36,110 nucleotides of DNA from contig JAXLNO010000606.1 in the NCBI GenBank assembly GCA_038087875.1, positions 1 to 36,110 on the forward strand, given 5' to 3'. Of the stretch, positions 12,501 through 23,964 are shown piece after piece. The notes below the pieces were generated by a model that was given only the letters and a program-made list of their open reading frames with translations, was not told the DNA's origin and made no database searches. Origin of the DNA: Malacoraja senta. Lineage: Eukaryota. The position numbers were made by a program, and so were the translations under genes. The stretch's first letter is position 1. The number at the start of each line of letters is the position of its first letter.

Positions 12501-13063
12501 CAAAAGGTGCTTTGCTTTGAAAATGCAAAAGGTCCTTTGAAAATGCAAAAGGTTTGCTTTGAAAATACAAAAGGTTTGCTTTGAAAATGCAAAAAGATAG
12601 ATTTGAAAATGCAAAAGGTTTGCTTTGAAAATGCAAATGGTGGTTTGCTTTGAAAATGCCAACGGTGCTTTTCTTTGAAAATGCAAAAGCTGTTTGCTGT
12701 GAAAATGCAAAAGGTGGTTTGTTTCATACAAAAGGTGGTTTGCTTTGAAAATGCAAAAGGTGGTTTGCTTTGAAAATGCTAAAGGCGGTTTGCTTTGAAA
12801 ATGCAAAAGGCAGTTTGCTTTGAAAATGCGAAAGGCGGTTTGCTTTGAAAGTGCAAAAGGTGGTTTGGTTTGAAAATGCAAAAGGTGGTTTGCTTTGAAA
12901 GTGCAAAAGGTGGTTAGCTTTGAAAATGCAAAAAGATTTGCTTTGAAATTGCAATAGATGGTTTGCTTTGAAAATGCAAAAGATTTGCTTTGAAAATACA
13001 AATGGTTTGGTTTGAAAATGCAAATGGTGGTTTGGTTTGAAAATGTAAATGGTGGTATGGTTT

Positions 13064-13503
13064 TATTTAATTATTTATTTATTCCGAACAAGTAAAGACA
13101 TAAATAGGAATAAATAACAACAACAAAATCGAAATAGTCAAACAATTGGGCATTCCTGGCAATATTTGCAAAGCAATGAAAAGCATAATGCAAAATTTAA
13201 ATGTCGAACACTTTTTCTTTACAAGCTCGAAAAGGAGTGAGAAGAAGAATAACTTGTTTAATCTCACCCCTTCTCCCTAAACCCTTCTTCCATATTTAAT
13301 AATTAATTAATTAATGATAATAATACCCCAGACAGTTTTTAGAGATACATACAGACATATATATTTATACATACAACTGATACACACATACAAGTAATAT
13401 GTATGAAGTAACCAAAAAACATAAATAAATAAAAAATAAAATAATAAATAAACATTAACCCCTGTTTGTCAACCATCCCCTTCATCCCTGTACCTTGTGA
13501 AAA
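13064..13503 (-). mobile_element. 3' end (last ORF2 codons plus 3'UTR) of L2/Crack-type LINE, copy 1
   Basis: Minus strand reads TTC ACA AGG TAC AGG GAT GAA GGG GAT GGT TGA (FTRYRDEGDG*). An AT-rich UTR follows, with GGGGTGAGATTAAACAAGTT..CTCCTTTTCGAG and an (AATA)n tail. Confidence 0.75.
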
Positions 13504-16500
13504 AAATGCAAATGTTTGCTTTAAAAATGCAAAAGGTTTACTTTGAAAATGCAAAATGTTTGCTTTGAAAATGTAAAAGGAGGTTCGGTTTGAAAATGCA
13601 AAAGGGGGTTCGGTTTGAAAATGCTAAAGGAGGTTCGGTTTGAAAATGCAAAAGGTTGTTTGCTTTGAAAATGCAAATGGTGTTTTGCTTTGAAAATGCA
13701 AAAGGTGGTTTGCTTTGAAATGAAAAAAGGTTTGCTTTGGAAATGCAAAAGGTTTGCTTCGGAAATGCAAGTTTGCTTCGAAAATGCAAATGGTGGTTTG
13801 CTTTGAAAATGGAAAAGGTGGTTCGCTTTGAATATGTTAAAGGTGGTTTGCTTTGAAAATGCAAATGGTGGTTTGCTTTGAAAATGCAAAATGTGGTTTG
13901 CTTTGAAAATGAAAAAGCTGGTTTGCTTTGAAAATGCAAAAGGTGGTTTGCTTTGAAAGTGCAAAAGGATGTTAGCTTTGAAAATGCAAAAAAGATTTGC
14001 TTTGAAAATGCAATAGATGGTTTGCTTTGAAAATGCAAAAGGTTTGCTTTGAAAATGCAAATGGTGGTTTGCTTTGAAAATACAAAAGGTAGTATGCTTT
14101 GAAAATGCAAAATGTGGTTTGCTTTGAAAATACAAAGGGTGGTTTGCTTTAAAAATGCAAAAGGTGGTTTGGTCTGAAAATGCGAAAGGTGGTTTGCTTT
14201 GAAAATGCAAATGGTTTGCTTTGAAAATGCAAAGATTTGCTTTGAAAATGCAAAGATTTGCTTTGAAAATGCAAAAGGTTTGCTCCGAAAATGCAAAAAG
14301 TATCCTGAAAATGCAAAATGTGGTTCCGTTTGAAAATGAAAAAGGGGGTTCGGTGATTTGGTTTGAAAATGCAAATGGTGGTTTGGTTTGAAAATGAAAA
14401 TGGTGGTTTGGTTTGCAAATGCAAATGATGGTTTGGTTTGAAAATGGAAATGATGGTTTGGTTTGAAAATGCAAATGATGGTTTCGTTTGAAAATGCAAA
14501 TGATGGTTTGGCTTGAAAATGCTAATGGTGGATTGGTTCGAAAATGCTAAAGGTTTGGTTTGAAAATGCAAAAGGATTGGGTTGATTTGATGGGTGGCTT
14601 CGAAAAGGCAAATGGTGGTTTGCTTCGAAAATTGAATTTTTTTTTGCTTTGAAAATGCAAACGGTGGCTTGCTTTAAAAATGCTAAAGGTGGTTTGCTGT
14701 GAACATGCAAATGGTGTTTTGCTTTGATAATGCAAAAGGTTTGCTTTGAAAATGCAAAAGGATGGATTTTTAAATGCAAACGGTTTGCTTTGAAAATGCA
14801 AATGGCGGTTTGCTTTGAAAATGCCAAAGGTGCGTTGCTTTGAAAATGCAAAAGTTGTTTGCTGTGAAAATGCAAAAGGTGGTTTGCTTTGAAAGTGCAA
14901 AAGGTGGTTTGGTTTTTAAAATGCAAAAGGTGCTTTGCTTTGAAAATGCAAAAGGTGCTTTGAAAATGCAAAATGTTTGCTTTGAAAATGCAAATGGTTT
15001 GTTTTCAAAATGCAAATGTTTGCTTTAAAAATGCAAACGGTTTACTTTGAAAATGCAAAATGTTTGCTTTGAAAATGTAAAAGGAGGTTCGGTTTGAAAA
15101 TGCAAAAGGGGGTTCGGTTTGAAAATGCAAAAGGAGGTTCGGTTTGAAAATACAAATGGTGGTTTGGTTTGAAAATGCAAATGATGGTTTGATTTGAAAA
15201 TGCAAATGGTGGTTTTGTTTGAAAATACAAATGGTGGTTGGGTTTGGAAATGCAAAAGATTTGGTACGAAAATGCAAAAGGATTGGATTGAAAATGCAAA
15301 TGGGGGTTTGGTTTGAGTATGTAAAAGGTTTGCTTTGAAAATGCAAAAGGTTTGCTTTGAAAATGCAAAAGGTTTGCTTTGAAAGTGCAAATGAAGGTTT
15401 GGTTTGAAAAAGCAAATGGTTGTTTGGTTTGAAAATGCAAATGCTGGTTTGGTTTGAAAATGCAAATGGTGGTTTGGTTTAAAAATGCAAATGCTGGTTT
15501 GGTTTGAAAATGCAAATGGTGGTTTGGTTTGGAAATGCAAAAAGTTTGGTTTGAAAATACAAAAAGGATTGGTTTGAAATTGCAAAAAGTGGTTTGCTTT
15601 GAAAATGCGAAAAATATTTTGCTTTGAAAATGCAAAAGGTGGTTCGCTTTGAAAATGCAAATGGTGGTTTGCTTTGAAAATGCAATAGGTGGTTTGCTTT
15701 GAAGATGAAAAAAGGGTTGCTTTGGAAATGCAAAAGGTTTGCTTCGGAAATGCAACAGTTTGCTTCGAAAATGCAAATGGTGGTTTGCTTTGAAAATGGA
15801 AAAGGTGGTTCGCTTTGAAAATGCTAAAGGTGGTTTGCATTGAAAATGCAAATGGTGGTTTGCTTTGAAAATGCAAAATGTGGTTTGCTTTGAAAATGCA
15901 AAAGGTGGTTTGCTTTGAAAGTGCAAACGGTGGTTAGCTTTGAAAATGCAAAAATATTTGCTTTGAAAATGCAATAGATGGTTTGCTTTAAAAATGCAAA
16001 AGGTGGTTTGGTCTGAAAATGCAAAAGGTGGTTTGCTTTGAAAATGCAAAATGTTTGCTTTGAAAATGCAAATGGCTTGCTTTGAAAATGCAAAGATTTG
16101 CTTTGAAAATGCAAAAGGATTGCTTCGAAAATGCAAAAAGTATCCTGAAAATGCAAAAGGTGGTTCCGTTTGAAAATGAAAAAGTGTGTTCGGTGGTTTG
16201 GTATGAAAATGCAAATGGTGGTTTGGTTTGAAAATGCAAATGGTGGTTTGGTTTGAAAATGCAAATGGTGGTATGGTTTGAAAATGGAAATGATGGTTTG
16301 GTTTGAAAATGCAAATGATGGTTTGATTTGAAAATGCAAATGCTGATTTGGTTTCAAAATGCAAATGGTGGATTGGTTCGAAAATGCTAAAGGTTTGGTT
16401 TGAAAATGCAAAAGGATTGGGTTGAAAATGCAAACGTTGGTTTGCTTTGAAAATGCGAAAAATATTTTGCTTTTATAATGCAAAAGGTTTGCTTTGAAAA

Positions 16501-16998
16501 TACAAAAGGTTTGCTTTGAAAATGCAAAAAGATAGATTTGAAAATGCAAAAGGTTTGCTTTGAAAATGCAAATGGTGGTTTGCTTTGAAAATGCCAACGG
16601 TGCTTTTCTTTGAAAATGCAAAAGCTGTTTGCTGTGAAAATGCAAAAGGTGGTTTGTTTCATACAAAAGGTGGTTTGCTTTGAAAATGCAAAAGGTGGTT
16701 TGCTTTGAAAATGCTAAAGGCGGTTTGCTTTGAAAATGCAAAAGGCAGTTTGCTTTGAAAATGCGAAAGGCGGTTTGCTTTGAAAGTGCAAAAGGTGGTT
16801 TGGTTTGAAAATGCAAAAGGTGGTTTGCTTTGAAAGTGCAAAAGGTGGTTAGCTTTGAAAATGCGAAAAGATTTGCTTTGAAATTGCAATAGATGGTTTG
16901 CTTTGAAAATGCAAAAGATTTGCTTTGAAAATACAAATGGTTTGGTTTGAAAATGCAAATGGTGGTTTGGTTTGAAAATGTAAATGGTGGTATGGTTT

Positions 16999-17438
16999 TA
17001 TTTAATTATTTATTTATTCCGAACAAGTAAAGACATAAATAGGAATAAATAACAACAACAAAATCGAAATAGTCAAACAATTGGGCATTCCTGGCAATAT
17101 TTGCAAAGCAATGAAAAGCATAATGCAAAATTTAAATGTCGAACACTTTTTCTTTACAAGCTCGAAAAGGAGTGAGAAGAAGAATAACTTGTTTAATCTC
17201 ACCCCTTCTCCCTAAACCCTTCTTCCATATTTAATAATTAATTAATTAATGATAATAATACCCCAGACAGTTTTTAGAGATACATACAGACATATATATT
17301 TATACATACAACTGATACACACATACAAGTAATATGTATGAAGTAACCAAAAAACATAAATAAATAAAAAATAAAATAATAAATAAACATTAACCCCTGT
17401 TTGTCAACCATCCCCTTCATCCCTGTACCTTGTGAAAA
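16999..17438 (-). mobile_element. 3' end of L2/Crack-type LINE, copy 2
   Basis: Apparently identical to 13064-13503, with the same junctions. Confidence 0.75.
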
Positions 17439-20400
17439 AAATGCAAATGTTTGCTTTAAAAATGCAAAAGGTTTACTTTGAAAATGCAAAATGTTTGCTT
17501 TGAAAATGTAAAAGGAGGTTCGGTTTGAAAATGCAAAAGGGGGTTCGGTTTGAAAATGCTAAAGGAGGTTCGGTTTGAAAATGCAAAAGGTTGTTTGCTT
17601 TGAAAATGCAAATGGTGTTTTGCTTTGAAAATGCAAAAGGTGGTTTGCTTTGAAATGAAAAAAGGTTTGCTTTGGAAATGCAAAAGGTTTGCTTCGGAAA
17701 TGCAAGTTTGCTTCGAAAATGCAAATGGTGGTTTGCTTTGAAAATGGAAAAGGTGGTTCGCTTTGAAAATGTTAAAGGTGGTTTGCTTTGAAAATGCAAA
17801 TGGTGGTTTGCTTTGAAAATGCAAAATGTGGTTTGCTTTGAAAATGAAAAAGCTGGTTTGCTTTGAAAATGCAAAAGGTGGTTTGCTTTGAAAGTGCAAA
17901 AGGATGTTAGCTTTGAAAATGCAAAAAAGATTTGCTTTGAAAATGCAATAGATGGTTTGCTTTGAAAATGCAAAAGGTTTGCTTTGAAAATGCAAATGGT
18001 GGTTTGCTTTGAAAATACAAAAGGTAGTATGCTTTGAAAATGCAAAATGTGGTTTGCTTTGAAAATACAAAGGGTGGTTTGCTTTAAAAATGCAAAAGGT
18101 GGTTTGGTCTGAAAATGCGAAAGGTGGTTTGCTTTGAAAATGCAAATGGTTTGCTTTGAAAATGCAAAGATTTGCTTTGAAAATGCAAAGATTTGCTTTG
18201 AAAATGCAAAAGGTTTGCTCCGAAAATGCAAAAAGTATCCTGAAAATGCAAAATGTGGTTCCGTTTGAAAATGAAAAAGGGGGTTCGGTGATTTGGTTTG
18301 AAAATGCAAATGGTGGTTTGGTTTGAAAATGAAAATGGTGGTTTGGTTTGCAAATGCAAATGATGGTTTGGTTTGAAAATGGAATGATGGTTTGGTTTGA
18401 AAATGCAAATGATGGTTTCGTTTGAAAATGCAAATGATGGTTTGGCTTGAAAATGCTAATGGTGGATTGGTTCGAAAATGCTAAAGGTTTGGTTTGAAAA
18501 TGCAAAAGGATTGGGTTGATTTGATGGGTGGCTTCGAAAAGGCAAATGGTGGTTTGCTTCGAAAATTGAATTTTTTTTGCTTTGAAAATGCAAACGGTGG
18601 CTTGCTTTAAAAATGCTAAAGGTGGTTTGCTGTGAACATGCAAATGGTGTTTTGCTTTGATAATGCAAAAGGTTTGCTTTGAAAATGCAAAAGGATGGAT
18701 TTGAAAATGCAAACGGTTTGCTTTGAAAATGCAAATGGCGGTTTGCTTTGAAAATGCCAAAGGTGCGTTGCTTTGAAAATGCAAAAGTTGTTTGCTGTGA
18801 AAATGCAAAAGGTGGTTTGCTTTGAAAGTGCAAAAGGTGGTTTAGTTTTTAAAATGCAAAAGGTGCTTTGCTTTGAAAATGCAAAAGGTGCTTTGAAAAT
18901 GCAAAATGTTTGCTTTGAAAATGCAAATGGTTTGTTTTCAAAATGCAAATGTTTGCTTTAAAAATGCAAACGGTTTACTTTGAAAATGCAAAATGTTTGC
19001 TTTGAAAATGTAAAAGGAGGTTCGGTTTGAAAATGCAAAAGGGGGTTCGGTTTGAAAATGCAAAAGGAGGTTCGGTTTGAAAATACAAATGGTGGTTTGG
19101 TTTGAAAATGCAAATGATGGTTTGATTTGAAAATGCAAATGGTGGTTTTGTTTGAAAATACAAATGGTGGTTGGGTTTGGAAATGCAAAAGATTTGGTAC
19201 GAAAATGCAAAAGGATTGGATTGAAAATGCAAATGGGGGTTTGGTTTGAGTATGTAAAAGGTTTGCTTTGAAAATGCAAAAGGTTTGCTTTGAAAATGCA
19301 AAAGGTTTGCTTTGAAAGTGCAAATGAAGGTTTGGTTTGAAAAAGCAAATGGTTGTTTGGTTTGAAAATGCAAATGCTGGTTTGGTTTGAAAATGCAAAT
19401 GGTGGTTTGGTTTAAAAATGCAAATGCTGGTTTGGTTTGAAAATGCAAATGGTGGTTTGGTTTGGAAATGCAAAAAGTTTGGTTTGAAAATACAAAAAGG
19501 ATTGGTTTGAAATTGCAAAAAGTGGTTTGCTTTGAAAATGCGAAAAATATTTTGCTTTGAAAATGCAAAAGGTGGTTCGCTTTGAAAATGCAAATGGTGG
19601 TTTGCTTTGAAAATGCAATAGGTGGTTTGCTTTGAAGATGAAAAAAGGGTTGCTTTGGAAATGCAAAAGGTTTGCTTCGGAAATGCAACAGTTTGCTTCG
19701 AAAATGCAAATGGTGGTTTGCTTTGAAAATGGAAAAGGTGGTTCGCTTTGAAAATGCTAAAGGTGGTTTGCATTGAAAATGCAAATGGTGGTTTGCTTTG
19801 AAAATGCAAAATGTGGTTTGCTTTGAAAATGCAAAAGGTGGTTTGCTTTGAAAGTGCAAACGGTGGTTAGCTTTGAAAATGCAAAAATATTTGCTTTGAA
19901 AATGCAATAGATGGTTTGCTTTAAAAATGCAAAAGGTGGTTTGGTCTGAAAATGCAAAAGGTGGTTTGCTTTGAAAATGCAAAATGTTTGCTTTGAAAAT
20001 GCAAATGGTTTGCTTTGAAAATGCAAAGATTTGCTTTGAAAATGCAAAGATTTGCTTTGAAAATGCAAAAGGATTGCTTCGAAAATGCAAAAAGTATCCT
20101 GAAAATGCAAAAGGTGGTTCCGTTTGAAAATGAAAAAGTGTGTTCGGTGGTTTGGTATGAAAATGCAAATGGTGGTTTGGTTTGAAAATGCAAATGGTGG
20201 TTTGGTTTGAAAATGCAAATGGTGGTATGGTTTGAAAATGGAAATGATGGTTTGGTTTGAAAATGCAAATGATGGTTTGATTTGAAAATGCAAATGCTGA
20301 TTTGGTTTCAAAATGCAAATGGTGGATTGGTTCGAAAATGCTAAAGGTTTGGTTTGAAAATGCAAAAGGATTGGGTTGAAAATGCAAACGTTGGTTTGCT

Positions 20401-20952
20401 TTGAAAATGCGAAAAATATTTTGCTTTTATAATGCAAAAGGTTTGCTTTGAAAATACAAAAGGTTTGCTTTGAAAATGCAAAAAGATAGATTTGAAAATG
20501 CAAAAGGTTTGCTTTGAAAATGCAAATGGTGGTTTGCTTTGAAAATGCCAACGGTGCTTTTCTTTGAAAATGCAAAAGCTGTTTGCTGTGAAAATGCAAA
20601 AGGTGGTTTGTTTCATACAAAAGGTGGTTTGCTTTGAAAATGCAAAAGGTGGTTTGCTTTGAAAATGCTAAAGGCGGTTTGCTTTGAAAATGCAAAAGGC
20701 AGTTTGCTTTGAAAATGCGAAAGGCGGTTTGCTTTGAAAGTGCAAAAGGTGGTTTGGTTTGAAAATGCAAAAGGTGGTTTGCTTTGAAAGTGCAAAAGGT
20801 GGTTAGCTTTGAAAATGCAAAAAGATTTGCTTTGAAATTGCAATAGATGGTTTGCTTTGAAAATGCAAAAGATTTGCTTTGAAAATACAAATGGTTTGGT
20901 TTGAAAATGCAAATGGTGGTTTGGTTTGAAAATGTAAATGGTGGTATGGTTT

Positions 20953-21392
20953 TATTTAATTATTTATTTATTCCGAACAAGTAAAGACATAAATAGGAAT
21001 AAATAACAACAACAAAATCGAAATAGTCAAACAATTGGGCATTCCTGGCAATATTTGCAAAGCAATGAAAAGCATAATGCAAAATTTAAATGTCGAACAC
21101 TTTTTCTTTACAAGCTCGAAAAGGAGTGAGAAGAAGAATAACTTGTTTAATCTCACCCCTTCTCCCTAAACCCTTCTTCCATATTTAATAATTAATTAAT
21201 TAATGATAATAATACCCCAGACAGTTTTTAGAGATACATACAGACATATATATTTATACATACAACTGATACACACATACAAGTAATATGTATGAAGTAA
21301 CCAAAAAACATAAATAAATAAAAAATAAAATAATAAATAAACATTAACCCCTGTTTGTCAACCATCCCCTTCATCCCTGTACCTTGTGAAAA
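20953..21392 (-). mobile_element. 3' end of L2/Crack-type LINE, copy 3
   Basis: Apparently identical to 13064-13503, with the same junctions. Confidence 0.75.
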
Positions 21393-21913
21393 AAATGCAA
21401 ATGTTTGCTTTAAAAATGCAAAAGGTTTACTTTGAAAATGCAAAATGTTTGCTTTGAAAATGTAAAAGGAGGTTCGGTTTGAAAATGCAAAAGGGGGTTC
21501 GGTTTGAAAATGCTAAAGGAGGTTCGGTTTGAAAATGCAAAAGGTTGTTTGCTTTGAAAATGCAAATGGTGTTTTGCTTTGAAAATGCAAAAGGTGGTTT
21601 GCTTTGAAATGAAAAAAGGTTTGCTTTGGACATGCAAAAGGTTTGCTTCGGAAATGCAAGTTTGCTTCGAAAATGCAAATGGTGGTTTGCTTTGAAAATG
21701 GAAAAGGTGGTTCGCTTTGAAAATGTTAAAGGTGGTTTGCTTTGAAAATGCAAATGGTGGTTTGCTTTGAAAATGCAAAATGTGGTTTGCTTTGAAAATG
21801 AAAAAGCTGGTTTGCTTTGAAAATGCAAAAGGTGGTTTGCTTTGAAAGTGCAAAAGGATGTTAGCTTTGAAAATGCAAAAAGATTTGCTTTGAAAATGCA
21901 ATAGATGGTTTTT

Positions 21914-22703
21914 CACAATGGGAAGTAATTCTACTGGGTTTGGTGATTTGGGGAAATAGACTCATACTGTACATTGTGTTGACAAAGTCTTCTGTAAGAT
22001 TGTGTTGGTTAGGATTTAGTAGGTCGATATTGAAATCTCCACATAAAAAAACTGATTTGCTACTTGCTATTGAAAACATACTCTCCATCCAGCCCCTGAA
22101 GATTTCAATACTTGACCCCAGTGCCCTATATATGCAGCTAATGATGAGATTTTTATTTCTGCCGTTGAATATTTCTATAGTTATGCATTCCTGCAAATTG
22201 TCAACCACAGTTGTCATATTATCTAATACCTTATAGTTCAAAGTTGTATCCACATATAATGCTACCCGTCCTCCACCCTTATTTTTTCTGTTAATGTAAT
22301 TAAGTTCGTATCCATCCAGCTCGAAGTCGATTCCTTTTTCCTGGTTGATCCATGTTTCTGATATTGCAATAACGTTGAATGGTTGTGAACATTTGTGTCA
22401 ATACTCTTTGATGTTATTGAAATTCGCATAGAGGCTCCTGCTGTTGAAGTGGATAATCGATCATTTGCCTTTTGATTTAATGTTCTGATTATACTGTTCA
22501 TCAGTGTAGTAGCAGCAGATATTATTGTCGTTAGAGTTGGAGTAAAAATTATTGTCCGGGTCTATATCATGTTCCAAATCCTGTAGATTGTGATCGGTGT
22601 ATTCAAATGGTTGTAGCTCCAGTTGTTTCTGCTCGCTTATTATTTTAGTTACTTAGCTGATGTTTCCAGATGTGAATGAGTGAGTTCCTTCAGTGTGTGT
22701 CAT
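21914..22703 (-). pseudogene. LINE ORF2 N-terminus (APE-type endonuclease), disrupted and truncated
   Basis: Single frame from ATG 22703: MTHTEGTHSFTSGNIS*..DIDPDNNFY..CCYYTDEQY..K*SIIHFNSRSLYANFNNIKEY*..IAISETW..GGGRVALYV..CIYR..LCGDFNIDLL..PSRITSHC. Three in-frame stops, and the RT domain is absent. Confidence 0.88.
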
Positions 22704-22748
22704 GGTTGTGTGTGTAGATGAATTTTACCTCACATTCCAGTTTGATGT

Positions 22749-23465
22749 TCATTGGTATTTGTCCAGGTCTGCAATGTCTCTGATGACCAGCAATTTGGCT
22801 TCCTCTGGTGTTCCGTTTAATTTGATAAAGATTTTGCAGTTTGCAGTCCAGGTGTTTTGTATTTGTTTCTGTTTCTTGAGGTGTCGTGCTTGTCGGGCTA
22901 TGTCGGCGTTGCGTTTTGTTAGATGTTCGTTCATAAATACGTTTGTTCCCTTCAGATGTCTTCCTTGTTTTAGCAGACTAACTTTATTTTTCCTATTGAC
23001 AAACCTTATTATGATGGCTGGTTTGTCATCGCTATTATTATCATCGCTGGATCTTCTCATGGGTAGGGGGGTGACAAGCCTCGATGTTGCCGCAGTCCAG
23101 GTGTATTCCCTTGGACTGCAGGAAGGCCGCCACCTGTTGCTCCGTGGAGCTAGTATCCATTTCCCCGGGCTTCCCCCATTGTCGTCGGTCACCGCCCGCG
23201 CGTATGACCGGGGCTTTACTCTGAGCCCGGTGATGATGACGTTGTTCGCTCTGGTGTACTGCTCCGGGTCCGCAACTCTGCTCTCCAGGAACACCTGACG
23301 CCGGTCCTTTTCGGCGTTCTGGATTCGGAGAGCCTTTACCTCCGCCACCAGGTCGAGGATGGCTTTCTGCTGCTGTTTGACGGCAGAAATCTCCTCCGTC
23401 ATAAAGTCCAGCGCTCTCTTTATTTCCTCCCCTTCCTCCGCTGTTATTGCCTTCTTTGGAGGCAT
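22749..23465 (-). CDS. LINE ORF1 (coiled-coil plus RRM-like nucleic-acid chaperone), 238 aa, with an internal frame-shifted segment
   Basis: Coiled coil followed by EQYTRANNVIITGL, PAIIIRFVNRK, NVFMNEHLTKRN and TWTANCKIFIK. The segment EMDTSSTEQQVAAFLQSKGIHLDCGNIEACHP lies in the neighbouring frame (ORF 23041..23547). Confidence 0.82.
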   Translation of the reverse strand: MPPKKAITAEEGEEIKRALDFMTEEISAVKQQQKAILDLVAEVKALRIQNAEKDRRQVFLESRVADPEQYTRANNVIITGLRVKPRSYARAVTDDNGGSPGKWILAPRSNRWRPSCSPREYTWTAATSRLVTPLPMRRSSDDNNSDDKPAIIIRFVNRKNKVSLLKQGRHLKGTNVFMNEHLTKRNADIARQARHLKKQKQIQNTWTANCKIFIKLNGTPEEAKLLVIRDIADLDKYQ

Positions 23466-23952
23466 AGCCGCCCGCCGGTTTGCCTTTCACACGGGTCCAC
23501 AGATAAAGCGGCAGCGGGAGCCTCACCGCCTCTGTGACTCCACGCATGGAGTTGGAGGGCCTTGTGGAGCTGCAGCAAACTCAGGGTCTCTCTCGCACAG
23601 CGCACACCCAGGTCTCTCTCTCTCACAGCGAGGGCTGGGCTGGGCAGGGTTTCCCATCCGTTGCTCACTGGGAACGGGGACCCGCCCGCAGTGTCGGGAG
23701 TTCACCGACTCCGGGTCTTGGTGCCTCTGGTCCCGGCCTCCAGCGTCTCTCTCTCTCTCTCTCCCGCGGTCCCGACCCGATCTCCCGTTCATGTGAAGGA
23801 CGGCGATGGAGACCGCTAGAAACGTAAGTTAGGGAGGATATTTCTCCCTCCCCACACGGCCCCCGAGTCCCAAGCCTTCACCCTCTGGGGACGACGGCAA
23901 CGATTAATAATTGATATTTGACCCCGGGACTCACGCAAGCATCACCGCGGGC

Positions 23953-23964
23953 GCCGCCATCTTG
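23953..23964 (-). promoter_or_regulatory. YY1-type motif (CAAGATGGCGGC) at the LINE 5' end
   Basis: Matches the YY1 consensus ~7 nt inside the element's 5' end, the position expected for a LINE internal promoter. Confidence 0.55.

Larger units (their letters stand above)
12542..21911. repeat. Tandem segmental repeat of a ~3.94-kb unit (about 2.4 copies)
   Basis: The same AT-rich insert and rare monomer variants recur at 13064, 16999 and 20953 (periods 3935 and 3954). The ORF track has identical 62-aa ORFs at 13079, 17014 and 20968. Confidence 0.93.

Noticed and set aside
13079..13267. 62-aa hydrophobic ORF repeated three times
   Set aside because: Lies within the AT-rich LINE 3'UTR, uses a non-ATG start, and its identity is due to the segmental duplication.
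22693..23298. 201-aa plus-strand ORF
   Set aside because: Antisense shadow of LINE ORF1.
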